Shown in pieces: positions 49,695 through 62,382 of a DNA stretch of 64,000 nt. The DNA is taken from contig NC_058368.1 of the NCBI RefSeq assembly GCF_018350175.1, positions 205,780,001 to 205,844,000 of the forward strand, given 5' to 3'. The stretch is from Felis catus (taxonomy: Eukaryota). The notes beneath the pieces are model-generated. The model did not search any database and was not told the DNA's origin. It saw nothing but the letters and a program-made list of their open reading frames with translations. A program made the translations under genes and the position numbers. The stretch's first letter is position 1. Every line of letters starts with the position of its first letter.

Positions 49695-51519
49695 TGCTAA
49701 TAGAGGGATTATACATGTTAGCATATGCAATATAATGAAATCATCTAAACAGTGTTTGAAGACTATGTCATAATGATGAAAAAAGACTATAGAAAAACTT
49801 TGATGATATAACCTAATGCGTTTGGTCTGCACTGATCAAACTGTGTAAACTATGAATGCGTATGGATCCATACTAAAAAAACATATGGGTAAATGGAAGG
49901 TTTTCTCTAGGGTGGCTCTATTCAGGTAAGAAAACTACATATCTTCTCCATTTTAAAACTAATCCTTAATGTTGTCATATTTACTCCGTAGCCAATAAAA
50001 AACACCATATATGTGCTGGAGTATGGAAAAGGAAGTGGGGTGAAGTGGTTTGGGAATATTTGTATTGTGTGTAATACATATGTGTGTGCGTTCTTGGACT
50101 TAGGAGATCAAATATCATGTAGCAGTAAGGTGATGCTATTCAGAATCTTCTTGGGTTTAACGTTGCTACCCGTATTCTAGTTTTTAGCAACCGATCTGAA
50201 TGCGTGCACCAGATCTACCAGACACAGCTTATTATCTTAGCTTGGTATTGTGTTTGGGAAGCAGGAGGAGGTATGCAGTTCTCTACATACCCAGATTTCA
50301 AATCTGAAGGCTGGAGGAAGGGAAGGGGAGATTGGTAGAAGGACCAAAGGAATAAATAATCCTCATGCCTCAAGCACTTCTTTGATAAGAAAAGATCCAG
50401 CTGTTGGCTAAAAGTGGTGTTTTGTGAGGGCATCATAGAATCAAAGGCTTAAATATCAAGGAGATGTTCTCTCTGTAGCACAAACATGATTAAGGGCAAT
50501 GTTGTTTTATTTCAGATTTTTATTATTCATAAAAGGGAAACCAATAGTGCCAGACATGCAAGAACAAAGCTAAATAAGCTTCAGAGGCCTTCTGGCTCTC
50601 AAATCTAAGAGAATATAATAACTGGACTGTTTATTTGCCATGTTTCTTATTTGTTTTCTTCTTAGAGGTAAAACACAATAGAGATTCATTTCATTCAGAA
50701 TAGTTGGTTTCAATGACAGGGTTTTGGTCTTATGTAATCTGTCCCCTCCCTTTCCCAGGTCATTCATTATGTCTGCCCACGTGACCAGACCTGCTCCTGT
50801 GCCTACAGACATAGAGGGCTGCCCCAAGCTTTGGGATCTGTCAGTATAGGGAAGTTCTAGTGGAGAAACCAGTGGAGCAGGTGGCGTTAGGAACACATCA
50901 GCATCTTAAACAACTAGCTCCTAAAGAGGAGTGGGGAATGCCAGGCTGCGTGTCTGGTGACCACATCTCCCTTCCCAACTTCTTTGCCCTTTCGATGCAT
51001 GTTAGCAGAGTCTGACTGAATTTCCTTAGTTCCTGCTTCAGTGGCTGCTCAGATTTGGGTACCTGTCCCAAGTATAAAACTCCTGGGGGAAGAGGTGGTC
51101 ATGGAGTAAGCTTTCCTACTCTCGAGCCCCTACAGGCGATCTGGGTTGAAGGGAAGCTGAGGGTCATGGCTCTGGATATCAGGAGGAAGACTTACACTTG
51201 TAAGAATCTGGAATGGCATGTGTGTAAGGAGCAGAGCCTTCCTGTGATGGCAGGCTTTGGCATTGCTGCATCCAGTGCGGGAGAGGACCCCCGTGGTCCA
51301 GGGAATCAAAAAGAGAGAGGACTTTAAGACACAATTTTCTCTCCACTGCACCCCTAGATGTAGTGGCAATATTTTCACTGAGTGGTTCTACGAATTTATG
51401 ACAGCCATAGTGTTTATAATCTTTTGGTGCAGTTCTCATTCATTCATTTATTCGGTCTATGCTTGGTGAGAATCTACACTGTGTGCTAGGTAGTTTGTGC
51501 TCAGAATTAATGCAGAAAT

Positions 51520-51670
51520 AATAGTTAATATTGATAATCAAAGCTAGTACCTACTGAGTATTTTCTATAATCAATGTTTAGTGCTTATCATTTACTTAAA
51601 CTTTATAGGTAGATAGCATTATCAATCCCATTTGCAGATTAGGGTATTGAGGTTTAGAGAGATGGAAAGA
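51520..51670 (-). mobile_element. MIR remnant
   Basis: taggtagatagcattatcaatcccatttgcagattagggtattgaggtttagagag. Confidence 0.7.
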
Positions 51671-51674
51671 TATT

Positions 51675-52140
51675 ATTTCATACAACAGATATTTATTGAA
51701 TATCTTTTGTGTGCCCATGGCCATGCCTTTTAATGGGTATATAGTAGTGAAAAAGACAGATTAGAATCTCATTCTCATGGAATTAAATACTAGTGAGGGG
51801 AGATAGACAGGAAGCAAACAAGCAATTAAATGAAGTGCGACTTGAAGCTAGTGATAAATACTGTGAAGAAAATAAAAGGTGATCATGTGACAGAGACTGA
51901 CAGGCAGTAGGGAAGGGTTGGATGAGTTACACTCACTTTACATGCAGGAGGTTTACTTAAAAAAGATGGCAGTTGAGCTGAGACTTAAACAAAAAGTTGC
52001 CAGCCCTGAAAACAACTAGGGGCAGAGCATTGCAAGCAGGGAGAATAGAGAGAACAAGGGCTAGGCTGGAATGAACTTAGTGTATTCAATAAGCAGAAAG
52101 AATCCTGGGGTAGCTGGAGTCCAGCCAGCAGAGGGAGAGG
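51675..52140 (-). mobile_element. L2 3' region
   Basis: caacagatatttattgaatatc...tgtgccc...gtgaaaaagacaga...ctcatggaattaaatactagtgagggg...gttgagctgagactt. Confidence 0.85.
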
Positions 52141-52994
52141 GACCCATCTTGAGTGGCCATGAGACCCGGGGCTACATACTACCAAAGGCTCCTGGGAGTC
52201 CAATCTCCTTCGACTTCATGGTGCATCTTTGGGGCCAGTGAATGTGGAAAGAACCACACAGTCTGCTCTGCAAAACAGGTTTTCTTGTTGCCTCTTAAAT
52301 AAAGCATGTCTCTTTCAGGTCCAGAATGTCTGGTCCTTCTTGAGCTGTCCAGGCCCTTTAGAAGTCAAGGCAGAGCAGATTGCCAAAAGGAACATGATTT
52401 TTTTTTTCTGGTTCTCTCCCAGATTATTTGCCAACAGATAAGTCCCTTCTGAGTTCCCCTCCAGGCTCTGCTAAAATAACCAAGGCCAAAATTATTGACA
52501 AACTATGCCATTTTTCTTCCGAATCTTTGCCACATTTCTTTCATGGACACCATCTCCCATCTTTCTTATTTAGTCATCCTTGATTCATCCTTTTCCCTGA
52601 ATCATGGCATCTGGCAGAGTGGCCATGATGAATCTGGAAATACAGACATTTGAAGAAATTGAAGCTTGGTGGCCTCAAGGATAAGAGCAACGAGGCTTAC
52701 CTGTGCTCTGATTTGCTCCTGCCTTTTCTTATGGCTGGGACTTGTGTTTGGTTATTACTTGAGATGTGCAGATTGATTGGCAGTGTTCATATGAGTAGTA
52801 GTGAGCAAATGACTTCAGAAAATTTATCAAAAACATATTTTATTATAAAAATTACCAATATGAATATTTTATTGATAAATAAAAAGATCAGATAAGATTT
52901 TCTTCCTTGTGACACAGCAAAGTATTCAATCAATAATCCAAACACAAGTATTATAACATCTTCCCAAACTGCACACAAGCAAAAGTGTATGCAT

Positions 52995-52997
<3 letters not shown>

Positions 52998-53035
<38 letters not shown>
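52998..53035. repeat. (TG)n microsatellite
   Basis: Directly visible. Confidence 0.97.
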
Positions 53036-53040
<5 letters not shown>

Positions 53041-53142
53041 CCATGTGCAGATAAGGGAACTGAGGAATAGGGATGCACAGAACAATGGGGAGAGAAGGCA
53101 GTATAATAGTAGTTGTAGAGAAGATGAGGCCAGTATTACCTT

Positions 53143-53545
53143 AGTACCTTGCTATTCAAAGTGTGGTCCTTGAAACAACATTGATAATACCTGGGAGCTT
53201 GTTAGAAATGCAGAATCTCGGGGGCGCCTGGGTGGCTCAGTCGGCTAAGCGTCCGACTCTTGAATTCGGCTCAGGTCATGATCTCACTGTTTGTGGGTTC
53301 AGGTCCTGCATTGGGCTCTGCTCAGATAGTGTGGAGCCTGCTTAGGATTCTCTCTTTCTCCCTTTCTCTCTGCCCCTCCCTTGCTCTCTCTGTCTCTCCC
53401 TCAAAAATAAATAAATAAACATCAAAAAAAAAAAAAAAAAAAAAAAGAAAGAAATGCAGAAGCTCATGCCCCTTCCCAGACCAACATAATCAGATTTTAA
53501 CAAGATACTTGAGTGATCCCTATGCATATTAACATTGAAAAAGTT
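53143..53545. mobile_element. MER5A-like hAT-Charlie DNA transposon split by a Can-SINE
   Basis: tattcaaagtgtggtcc...acctgggagcttgttagaaatgcagaatctc [SINE] ...ccagacc...aatcagattttaacaagat...gtgatccctatgcatattaa. Confidence 0.88.
53220..53449 (+). mobile_element. Can-SINE with long A tail
   Basis: TSD agaaatgcagaatctc (53204-53219) / agaaatgcagaagctc (53450-53465). Confidence 0.97.
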
Positions 53546-53659
53546 TCATGTGTTTGGGGTTTTGTTCTCACCCTTTCACATTGATTAGTAATTATTCTGA
53601 AAGATCCTGTTGAGCTCAGGACTGAACTACTCTTTTATCAAAAGGTATCGTATGTAGCT

Positions 53660-53835
53660 TATCATAGCATCTTTCATACTTTATGATAATGGTGGCTTTT
53701 CTTGCTTATTTCTCCCCACTATGATCTGAACTCCACAAGGACAGAACCTAGATGAGTCTTGCATCTGTTTTATTTCCATATCCTTGACCCAATGCATGGC
53801 ATATAATAGATAATAAATGTCGACCAAATGCTTGG
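53660..53835 (+). mobile_element. L2 3' terminus remnant
   Basis: tctccccactatgatctgaactccacaaggacagaacc...ccaatgcatggcatataatagataataaatgt. Confidence 0.7.
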
Positions 53836-54448
53836 CTTGATAGAGCAGAAGATAAAGCATAAGAAACAGAGGGAACCCACCTTCCCTTTTTTGACTTAGT
53901 AAATGCTAATTATTTTAATCTCTCCAGCCCTCCACCTCACCTCTTCACAGCCATGCATAGAACTTTCATACTGCCTTGCACAGAATAGGTGTTTGATTTA
54001 TTTAATACATTAAAGAAGAGCTAGACAAATCTTGTCCTCATAACATTCATGCCACACAGAGGCTTCTGGAGTGGTGATGAAGACAACGAATAAAATGTAC
54101 CTGTCCGCATGGGTTTAATTTTATCCTAAACGGGCTACTGGTTACCTTGAGAACTTGTTAGAACAGTTGAAAGAAATGTTGAAGTAAAAATCAAGAGATT
54201 AGTAGAAATAAGTGCCAAAGCCACATATTCTGTTGGGTTTTAAATAAACTCAAAAGCAAGGCCTCATGTGTGACAGTTTTTAGTTGCAGTACGTATTTAG
54301 ACAGCTTCAAAATAGAATGGCACAATAAGTGTATGAGAGATGTGTTATAGGTGTGGGGAAATGTGTATATTACAGATGAAGCAGGGAAATTCAGAGTGTT
54401 TGGTTTCTACCTCTGGAAATCGCTCTGCCTGTATGGTTTCCACTAGGG

Positions 54449-54665
54449 TAGGCTTTCTCAGTCTTGTTATTACGGGCATTTTGGGCTGGTTGATTCTTTG
54501 TGGTGAGGGCAGTTGGTGCATGTAGTTGTAGGATGGATAGCAGCATTCCTGGTCTTCCACCCATTAGATGCCAGTAGCGGTCCCCTTCAGCTGTAACAAT
54601 GCAAAGTATTTCCACATGATGTCAAATATCTCCTGGGTCAAAATCACCACTGGTTAAGCACCAGG
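54449..54665 (-). mobile_element. MER20-like hAT-Charlie DNA transposon
   Basis: gcattttgggctggttgattctttgtggtgaggg...tgtaggatggatagcagcattcctggtc...cccattagatgccagtagc...caaaatcaccactggttaagcacca. Confidence 0.88.
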
Positions 54666-56554
54666 GGTGCTTAAAAAAGCAGATGGGTCTATTGCTCTTT
54701 TGAATTACCTGACAAATACTGCTGATCTACTGATTTTTTCCTTAAGACTTTATATTTACGATATAGATTCTTCCTGGTCTCAGGACTTTCCCTTTTTGGA
54801 AACTGCCCTCACTGATGCTGTGTTGCTGGGCTTAGAAGGTCATAATGCTGCCAGTGTTAGCTTAGCAGCACAATATACGTGGCAAAACCTCCACTCACGA
54901 TTCCATTTGACTCTGCTGAGAAGAAGATAGATGCCGTGGAAAGAGAGAACGCATTGCTGAGCTGGCTTAGACAGTAATTTCAAACTTCTCTATTTCTCGG
55001 GGTCTCTTTTAATTATTTTCTCTGGCATCCCTATTGATAGTCCTTAAAAAGAAATTCCTATAAAAGAAGGTTCAACAGTTTCACCAAGGGTGGCAATTAG
55101 AACAAGCCGCTTTTTCTGCCCCTTGCCTGGAACACCACTGCTCTTAAACTATTCACTGTCGGCTCATCTATTGGTTTAAGGAAACAGCCCAGTAATTCTA
55201 AAGATATTGTGATGAATATTGAGCTTCTGTACTCCTGGGAAGCATCAATGTAATAGGGCTTCTCAAATTTGGCATCTGGGATCCTGGATCAAAAGACTTA
55301 AGTAAGGAAACCAGCCTCTTTTACTTCAGCTTACTGTCTCTGAGGTGTGCTAGGGAAGAAGGCGTTACACAGTATGAAAGATACAGATTTAGCCAAAGGG
55401 AAATCACAGCACGACTATTTTGATTATTCCTTTACAAAAAGATTCATCTCAGAGTTCTGCAAGATATGTCAGGTTTATTACTTGAAAATGTTTTTTCTAT
55501 ACATTTATTGTGTCAAGTAAAGTATATGCATTACAGGTGTGTAGTTTTTAATTATCCGTTCAATCCTAAAGTGTTCTGGTTTCTGATACATATTGTACAT
55601 TATCTCTGATGATGCAAAATCTCTTGTATTGTGCACAAAGACCTGATCATGTGCTGGAGGGCTGAGGCCAGGAGTAAGGAGTGATCCCTATTCTTCAAGG
55701 TTTGGTCTTTGTCTCTAAAACAAATCCCAATAACTCATCAGTTTAATTAATGGGGCAAACAAAAATTAGTGAGATTAATGATACGTTGTCAAGTAAGAAC
55801 CAACTAATTAATTTTAAAGTTTTTTTTTTTTTTCTGTCAGATTGAGCATCATGTATTTACAATGGAGAGGACTGATTGACTTCCAAACCAAGTAAAAGTG
55901 ACTTAAGAATTAATATTATTTCCATAATCTGTGCATTTTCTCTCCTCCATTACAGTTAGAAGCCAAGAGTGGATTTTATTTAAGTACTACCAGTGATGGG
56001 GCAGTACAGATCCACCTGCAGAGAGAATCATGTGCTGATGTTAGAGTTCCATATACCATCAGTCAGGTTTGCAGCCTCTCAAAGCCAGAGTCCACACAAA
56101 GGGTTGTGTTTAGTGATTTAGTACAAGGTTACAGTGGATGGAGCTGTCTAATTAGTACTCTGGAGACAGCATTGAAAGGTATTAAAGGAATACCGACGGG
56201 TGGACAGACTCAGCAGATAACCAGGTTTAGATACCATTCTAGTATATAATGATGGGATTTCAGTCTCCCAGGGGTGACAGGGGCTTATAAGAGCAAATAA
56301 TTCCCCCAGAAGAGTTGGGTACTAGATATGTTACCAAGTCAAAATTCCTGTTAATGAAAAATGGGGCAGAAAGCAAAAGGGACTTGTTGATGAATGCCAG
56401 GGTATTTAGCTAGAAATCAATGATACCTTCTCTCTAAGGTTAAATCCATTCTAGAGGCCAAGACAGGGTAAAACCTTTGAGAAGGGTAGAATGGTGGCAA
56501 CTGGGATGAAGGAAATAGTACCTGAAAGCGATTTCAGTGGTCCCAACAGGAAAC

Positions 56555-57400
56555 CACGCCCCTGGCAGTGGAACAGAAAAGAAGAGGGCATATCTGAGAG
56601 AGGATTTGAAGGTCAATACGATGGGACTTTAAGACCAATTGAATGTGGGGTTTGAGAGGCAGGTGAGAATTGAAGATGAAGCCAAGAATGAGATAGAAGA
56701 ATCATAAGGTAATCAAGTATGTTAGGCGGCACATGAAAAGGAGGATTTTGGAAGAGGAAGATGCTAAGGTTCACCTGGGACATTTTAAGTGTAAGGTTCC
56801 CACAGACTGATGAAATTTAGTTGCCTGGTAGGCAGACAGGGGGTCTGGAATGCAGGTCAGATTAGATGGTGTTAATTCATGGTGCATCTGTTAAAGGCAT
56901 GAGGCCAACGAGGTAGAGGAGATCAAGCAAGGAAAAAGAATGGAGCCACTTGAAGTCTCGAATAGAGCTCTGAATAACACCCTCATTTGGGAGCTGGAAG
57001 AACAAGAAGAGGTCGTGAAGGAGACTGAGAAACAGCAATCACAGGGAATGTAGAAAGACTAGTAAAGAGCTATGTCCCAAAAGCCAAAGGAGGAAAATAT
57101 TTCAAAGAGGGAGCATAGCAGTATCAAATGTTCCAGAAAGCCTGAGAAGGATTCATTCATTTGCTTAATGAACGACATGAGCTAAATTGCCTGCCACGTT
57201 CTGTGTGAGGGCTTAGGAATGAGATCACAGAAGTGGCTCGTGGGTTTTCTTTAGTGGTCATCAGTGATATTTCACAGAGGATGGATATGAGTTGCAATAG
57301 TGACGGTCTGACTACAGTGGATGAAAGATGGCACCAAAGTCAGGGAAAGAGAACCGGGCTGTGTAGACTAATTTCCTGAAAAATTCGAGAGGAAGTGGTA
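56555..57400 (-). mobile_element. L2 body remnant
   Basis: Purine-rich; gaaggagactgagaaacagcaatcacagggaatgtagaaagac...tgtcccaaaagccaaaggaggaaaatatttcaaagagggagc...tcaaatgttccaga. Confidence 0.8.
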
Positions 57401-58834
57401 AAGAAAAATTGCCTCATCTGTAACAAATGATTATTAGAAGTAATTATTTCACCTTTGCAGCATATCCTGTATAAATTTTATTTGGACCCATTGGCCTAAA
57501 ATAGGTTTATATTAATAAAACCAGGTGCAGTAGTGGACGTGGACTTATAAGGCATGGGTTTTTTGGTTTTGTTTTTTTTTCTAGGAAGCCTGCAATCTGC
57601 TTATAGTGTGTGCATGTATATGTGTATATAGGAAGGAAGGTTTGTGGGTGGAGAGTCAGAAACAAAGAGAAAATATTTAATGAACATGACGAGTGTTAGT
57701 AACAACATCTAATAACAATTACTAGTTGATGAAGGGGTGGGTGCAGACCAGAGGGACTGTGCATTCAGGAGACAGAAAGACCACCATGAATGGAAATAAT
57801 TCTTCGCTATACAGAAGGGAATACTTGTGGGGCATAAAAGAAGACTAGGATTAAGAATTTCATAAAAGGAAGACAAGAGGGTAAACTTCACACCATCTCT
57901 TCCAATGGAAGGTGGAGATTGTGCCACCTGCTCATCCCTACCCTAGAATGAGGACTCAGAAATGAAATCTACCCTTTCAGTTCCTCACCCAGCAGTCTTC
58001 TTTTGGTTCCCAGGTAAAAGGTACATATGCTTCCCCATTCCTGTGGTGTTGGTCCTATTATCATAAAAGGTATCAAGGTATCAAATATGCAGGAAGCCTG
58101 TTACCAGACAGCAGGAGTCTTGAAAACCTCAGCCCTGTGCCAAACAACAGGAATAAAATAGGGAGAGGGAAGCCTGGTATGCCATACATAAACTTGCAAG
58201 CTCAGTGCTCTGCAGAGCAAGGAGAGGAGCAGTTGTCATTTTGATGGAGTCAGAGCCTGAATTCTAAGGTCAGGATATAGATATTGGAATTGTACACTCA
58301 TGGGCACGTCAAACCTTAGCCTACTGGGCCTTTTGTTCTGAAGGTTCACAGATGAAATTGACTTGATACATTCTCTTTGATGTTTATTAACCCCATGATT
58401 TTGTAGAATTTGAAATGGAACTGTGGCCAAATCAAGAGACCAATAGAAGTTCATCCCAAAGAACTTGTATAGATAATACTGGAAAGATACTGAATGAAAG
58501 AAGGTTACTATTTAGTGTAAGTACATGGCAGGATGTCACTATTCAGTTGCTGTTCAAAGCCACAAGACACGGGGTACATTTGATCATTCAATATTTGCTA
58601 AAACCTTAGACAAATGGCGGATAAGAATCTTGTTTTCAAAAAAGTATTTACAAACCTAAATCCTACAATTTAAATCATCTCCCATGTGAGTTTGCACTGC
58701 CATCCCGATGTGTATTCACCTAGGTAGTGTTTCTTTAGTCACAAGTGTATCTGTTTTGTGACTAGGTATACCACCGCAAGAGAACAACAGTAATTTAAGT
58801 TTTATAGTCCTTTTATGGGACTTTTGCAAACATG

Positions 58835-59020
58835 GTTTCATTTGTTCTTTGTAAGAACCCTGTGAAGTAAGTGTGGAGAATGTTTTAATTGAGCAAACTG
58901 GGAAACCCAAAGCCAGAATGGTAAACAATCTGATGATCCTCCAGTGTTAACTTGTGAGTTAGCGATTGAGCTTGAATTTGAAACTCATCACCCAACCCCC
59001 ACTTTAGTGCTGCTTTCATT
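58835..59020 (-). mobile_element. MIR remnant
   Basis: tttcatttgttctttgtaagaaccctgtgaagtaagtg...tgggaaacccaaagccagaatggtaaac. Confidence 0.6.
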
Positions 59021-59039
59021 ACCTGATTTACTTTAATCT

Positions 59040-59957
59040 GAAGACCAGACTGCAAATCAAAGTGTTGGCCAAGGCTGTAGTCTCATCACCTGAGGCCGAG
59101 TCTCCTCTTGCAAGCTTGCTGCTTGTTGGCAGAATCTAGTTCCTTGAGTTGTGGGACTGTGGTCCTCAAGCTCCTAGAGGCTGCCCACTATGTAAGGGGT
59201 TGGGAGGAAAACTTTTCCTCTCCCAGTTTGGGTCCTGTGATTGGCAGTCTGTAAAGTAATTGATGATAGATTAATAGGAGAGAAGACAAGGTTTATCTAT
59301 GTGTCCACAGTATACATGTGGGATCACTCAGTGATGAGTAACTTACTGAATACCCGGAAAGGAAAGGCTTGTATATTAAAGTTAGTCAAAGGGAGGCAGG
59401 TAGGGCTTCAGTGAGAGGGTATGGAAGGTTATATTGTTTTTTTTTTATTCTAATGACCAGCTGAATTTACACAGTCTTCCCAGTCAAGAAAGTCCCTGGG
59501 AGAGAGGTCAATGGCAGCTGTATTTTCAGAAGCTCTGCTTAAGTTTAGATAAATGTTTCTTTTTGTGGCTGCTGATTGTTCAGATGTTTTCAAATTAAAG
59601 AAAGTTTCATAGCACTTTGGTATTAATCCCTTCAACTGCCATGTTGCCCTCTCTGCAACATTGCATTTTACTTAAAATCGACAGGAGAAAACCTGTTGCT
59701 ACTTGTTGTCTCGTTTTATGGCTCACCTGCTTAGGTCAGGCCCCCCCAGAATACTCTCTCTTTGGTTAGCTCAAAGCCAACCAGTTAGAGACCTTAATTA
59801 CAAATGGGGGAAAAAACTTCCTTTCCGTATCCTGGAACATAATCACGAGAATGATATCCTGTCATATTCACCACATTCAAGGGGAGAGGATTACACAGGG
59901 CATCTGTACTCAGAGGATGGAGGTTTTGGGGGCCATTCTAGAATTTTTCCTACTACA
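59040..59957 (-). mobile_element. MLT1E/F-like MaLR LTR split by a nested LTR
   Basis: ttgttggcagaatctagttccttgagttgtgggactg [insert] ggctcacctgcttaggtcaggccc...accttaattaca...gggggccattctagaatttttcctactaca. Confidence 0.8.
59191..59634 (-). mobile_element. MER34-like (ERV1) solo LTR nested in MLT1
   Basis: Minus strand starts tgaaggga... and ends ...aaagttttcctcccaaccccttaca; 4-bp TSD-like acta / actg. Confidence 0.7.
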
Positions 59958-60221
59958 GCACCCAATAGAATGAGCAGCTAAGTCCAGTGCTATCAAAGAC
60001 CATAAAATGAGATTATCATACATATTCTTTACATTGTTGAGTTAATAAAATGGGTGATGCATGCTACTTGGTTAGACCAGATGACATCTAAGATCATCCA
60101 CCACAGTATGCAGAATGACTTAACTCCAGTTGTGCATTCAAGAAGACCTTTTAAGCCAATTTTCTTTCATTCTTCCTCTTACCTTATAGTTTTTATGCAT
60201 AGAAAGTTGCACATGAACATT

Positions 60222-60435
60222 AATTTTTTTTTTTAATATTTATTTATTTTTGAGAGAGAGACAGACAGAGTGCAAGTGGGGAAGGAGCAGAGAGAGAGGG
60301 AGACACAGAATCTGAAGCAGGCTCCAGGCTCTGAGCTGTCAGCACAGAGCTGGGTGCGAGGCTCAAACTTGTAAACCATGAGATTATGACTTGAGCCGAA
60401 GTCGGATGCTTAACCAACTGAACCACCCAGGCACC
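60222..60435 (-). mobile_element. Can-SINE (SINEC_Fc-type)
   Basis: TSD ttgcacatgaacatt (60207-60221) / ttgcccatgaacatt (60436-60450). Confidence 0.96.
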
Positions 60436-60479
60436 TTGCCCATGAACATTTTTAATTAATTTTTTTTCATTAAAATTTT

Positions 60480-60595
60480 GACTTATTTGTCTATTTATTT
60501 TGAGTATGGTTGACACACAATGTTACATGGGTGTCAGGTGTTACAACATAGTAATTCAACTCCATATATTATGCTATGCTTACCACAAGTGTAGT
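60480..60595 (-). mobile_element. Short carnivore-type L1 3' end fragment
   Basis: ttgacacacaatgttacatgggtgtcaggtgttacaacatagtaattcaac...attatgctatgcttaccacaagtgtag. Confidence 0.75.
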
Positions 60596-60675
60596 AAAAT
60601 TCCAAGTTCTTATATTGGGCAGTTGAGTCTTTAGACCTCAAATCCTCTCATCAACACAAAAGAGTTGTCACAGCC

Positions 60676-61190
60676 TGTATTTGTTAACTGTTGCTATGTA
60701 ATAAATTATCCCAAAACTTAATCACTTAAAACAACACACAGTTTGTATGGGTCAGGAATCCAGGCAAGGCTTAACTGGATTCTCTGCTTCAGGTCTCTCT
60801 CGAGGCTACAAATCAAGATCCCTCCGGGGCAGGGTGTGCTTCCAATCATACTCTGTGGCTATTGACAGGATTCAAATCCTTGAGGGCTGTTCAAATCAAG
60901 GCCTTATTTCCTAGCTTGCTATTGGCTGGAGGCCATTCCCAGTTCTTTATTACATGGACCTCTCCAACATGACAGTTTGCTTCATCAAAGTCAGCATGAG
61001 AGAAAGTAACATGATGGAAGTCACAGTCTTTGTAACCTAATCTCAGAAGTGGTATCCCATCATATTTGTGTTATTTAATTCATCAGAAGCAAGTCACTAG
61101 ATTAGGCCCATACTGGGGGGGTCAGGGGGGCAAGGATGAATGCCAGGAGGTCAGGGATTTGGGGGGTCAATTTTAGAAGGATACCTACTG
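60676..61190 (-). mobile_element. MLT1F-like MaLR LTR
   Basis: tgtatttgttaactgttgctatgtaataaattatcccaaaactta...gggtcaggaatccaggc...taacctaatctcagaagtggtatcccatca...agaagcaagtcacta. Confidence 0.85.
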
Positions 61191-62382
61191 CCTAAATGAA
61201 GGGATGATGTGGCAGACTGAGGAGGAACTAGTAAAAGTGATTGTTTCAAAGAAATGAAGGGGGAAAAAAAAAGACCTCTTCTAATCAGTTCATTTCTTCA
61301 GAGCCAGAGCAAATGAATTTGATTGGTGTGGGTTCATAATGGGAGTGGCCAGCTCTTCTCTGACTAGAGAATGCAAATCAGACCCAAAATTCAGAGGCTA
61401 AGTTTAGAATCAGGGGAGCAACATTAAGTATCAGGTCCAAGGTATGAGTCTGGGGCTGTAGACAAGAAAAAGATAAGAGGTGAGGAGCCCAGAAATACTG
61501 AGCCAGTGTAGCAGCAAAATATTAGAGCAGATAAGGCAGAAAAGTTGTGGATGTAGCCAAGAACAAAGAAATAAAAAGCACTGTCTTGCTTGTGGGCAGG
61601 GCTCTCTGGTTTTTAAAGAACGAGGGCTCAGCCAGACTTTTCCTCTGTTACTGAAAGGTCATAAAATACCATTGTATTTTTGTTTTAAGTTCAAACAAAT
61701 AGAAAACTTAATGGGTTAGTGAAAATGTTAAAATTGGGGAGGAAGTACTATTCCAAATGAAATCAAAAGCCATGAAGATAGTCCTTTTTTGGCCAACATT
61801 AGATTGTGTATTCTCTCCCCCCAGTGCAAAGACAGTGTTTTTTATTGATTGATGATTTAATTCTCCTCTCCAAGTGATGTTTGCCTCTGCACCAAATGCT
61901 GTACATGGACCTCAGAATCACCTAGCTTAGGACAAAAAATGGTGGGGGTTTCTTCTTCTGACTGTTAGCTGTTTTTAATTTTTATTCCTAACATTCCCTT
62001 ATTTTGATCTCCTAAAATATTGTCCTGAAATGTCAACAAATAATTTAATCTAGAGACTAATGTCCTTTTATACGATTTTCAAAACTGGTGACTTTTTCTA
62101 GGCTTTTTTTTTTTCTAATTTGCCAGATAGCCACATGACAGAATAATGAAACCAATGTCATATTGAAAGCAAAGAACCACTCATTTCTGGAAAAAGAAAT
62201 CTAGTCATATTTAAATTCCCTTTCTGCTTGCTTCCAAATATGTCTATCACAATATTACAGAAGTAGCCAATTATTTTCATCTCCCTTCTTTTCACATGCT
62301 TGGAAATTAACTTTAAAATTTTTTCAAATTTTATACATTAACCCTTATTTTGAGAGTTTAGCTTTTCATTTATACCTATTTT

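Noticed and set aside
50870..50892. CTCF-like motif ggagcaggtggcgtt
   Set aside because: It lacks the conserved CC at the 5' side of the core, so it is too weak to call.
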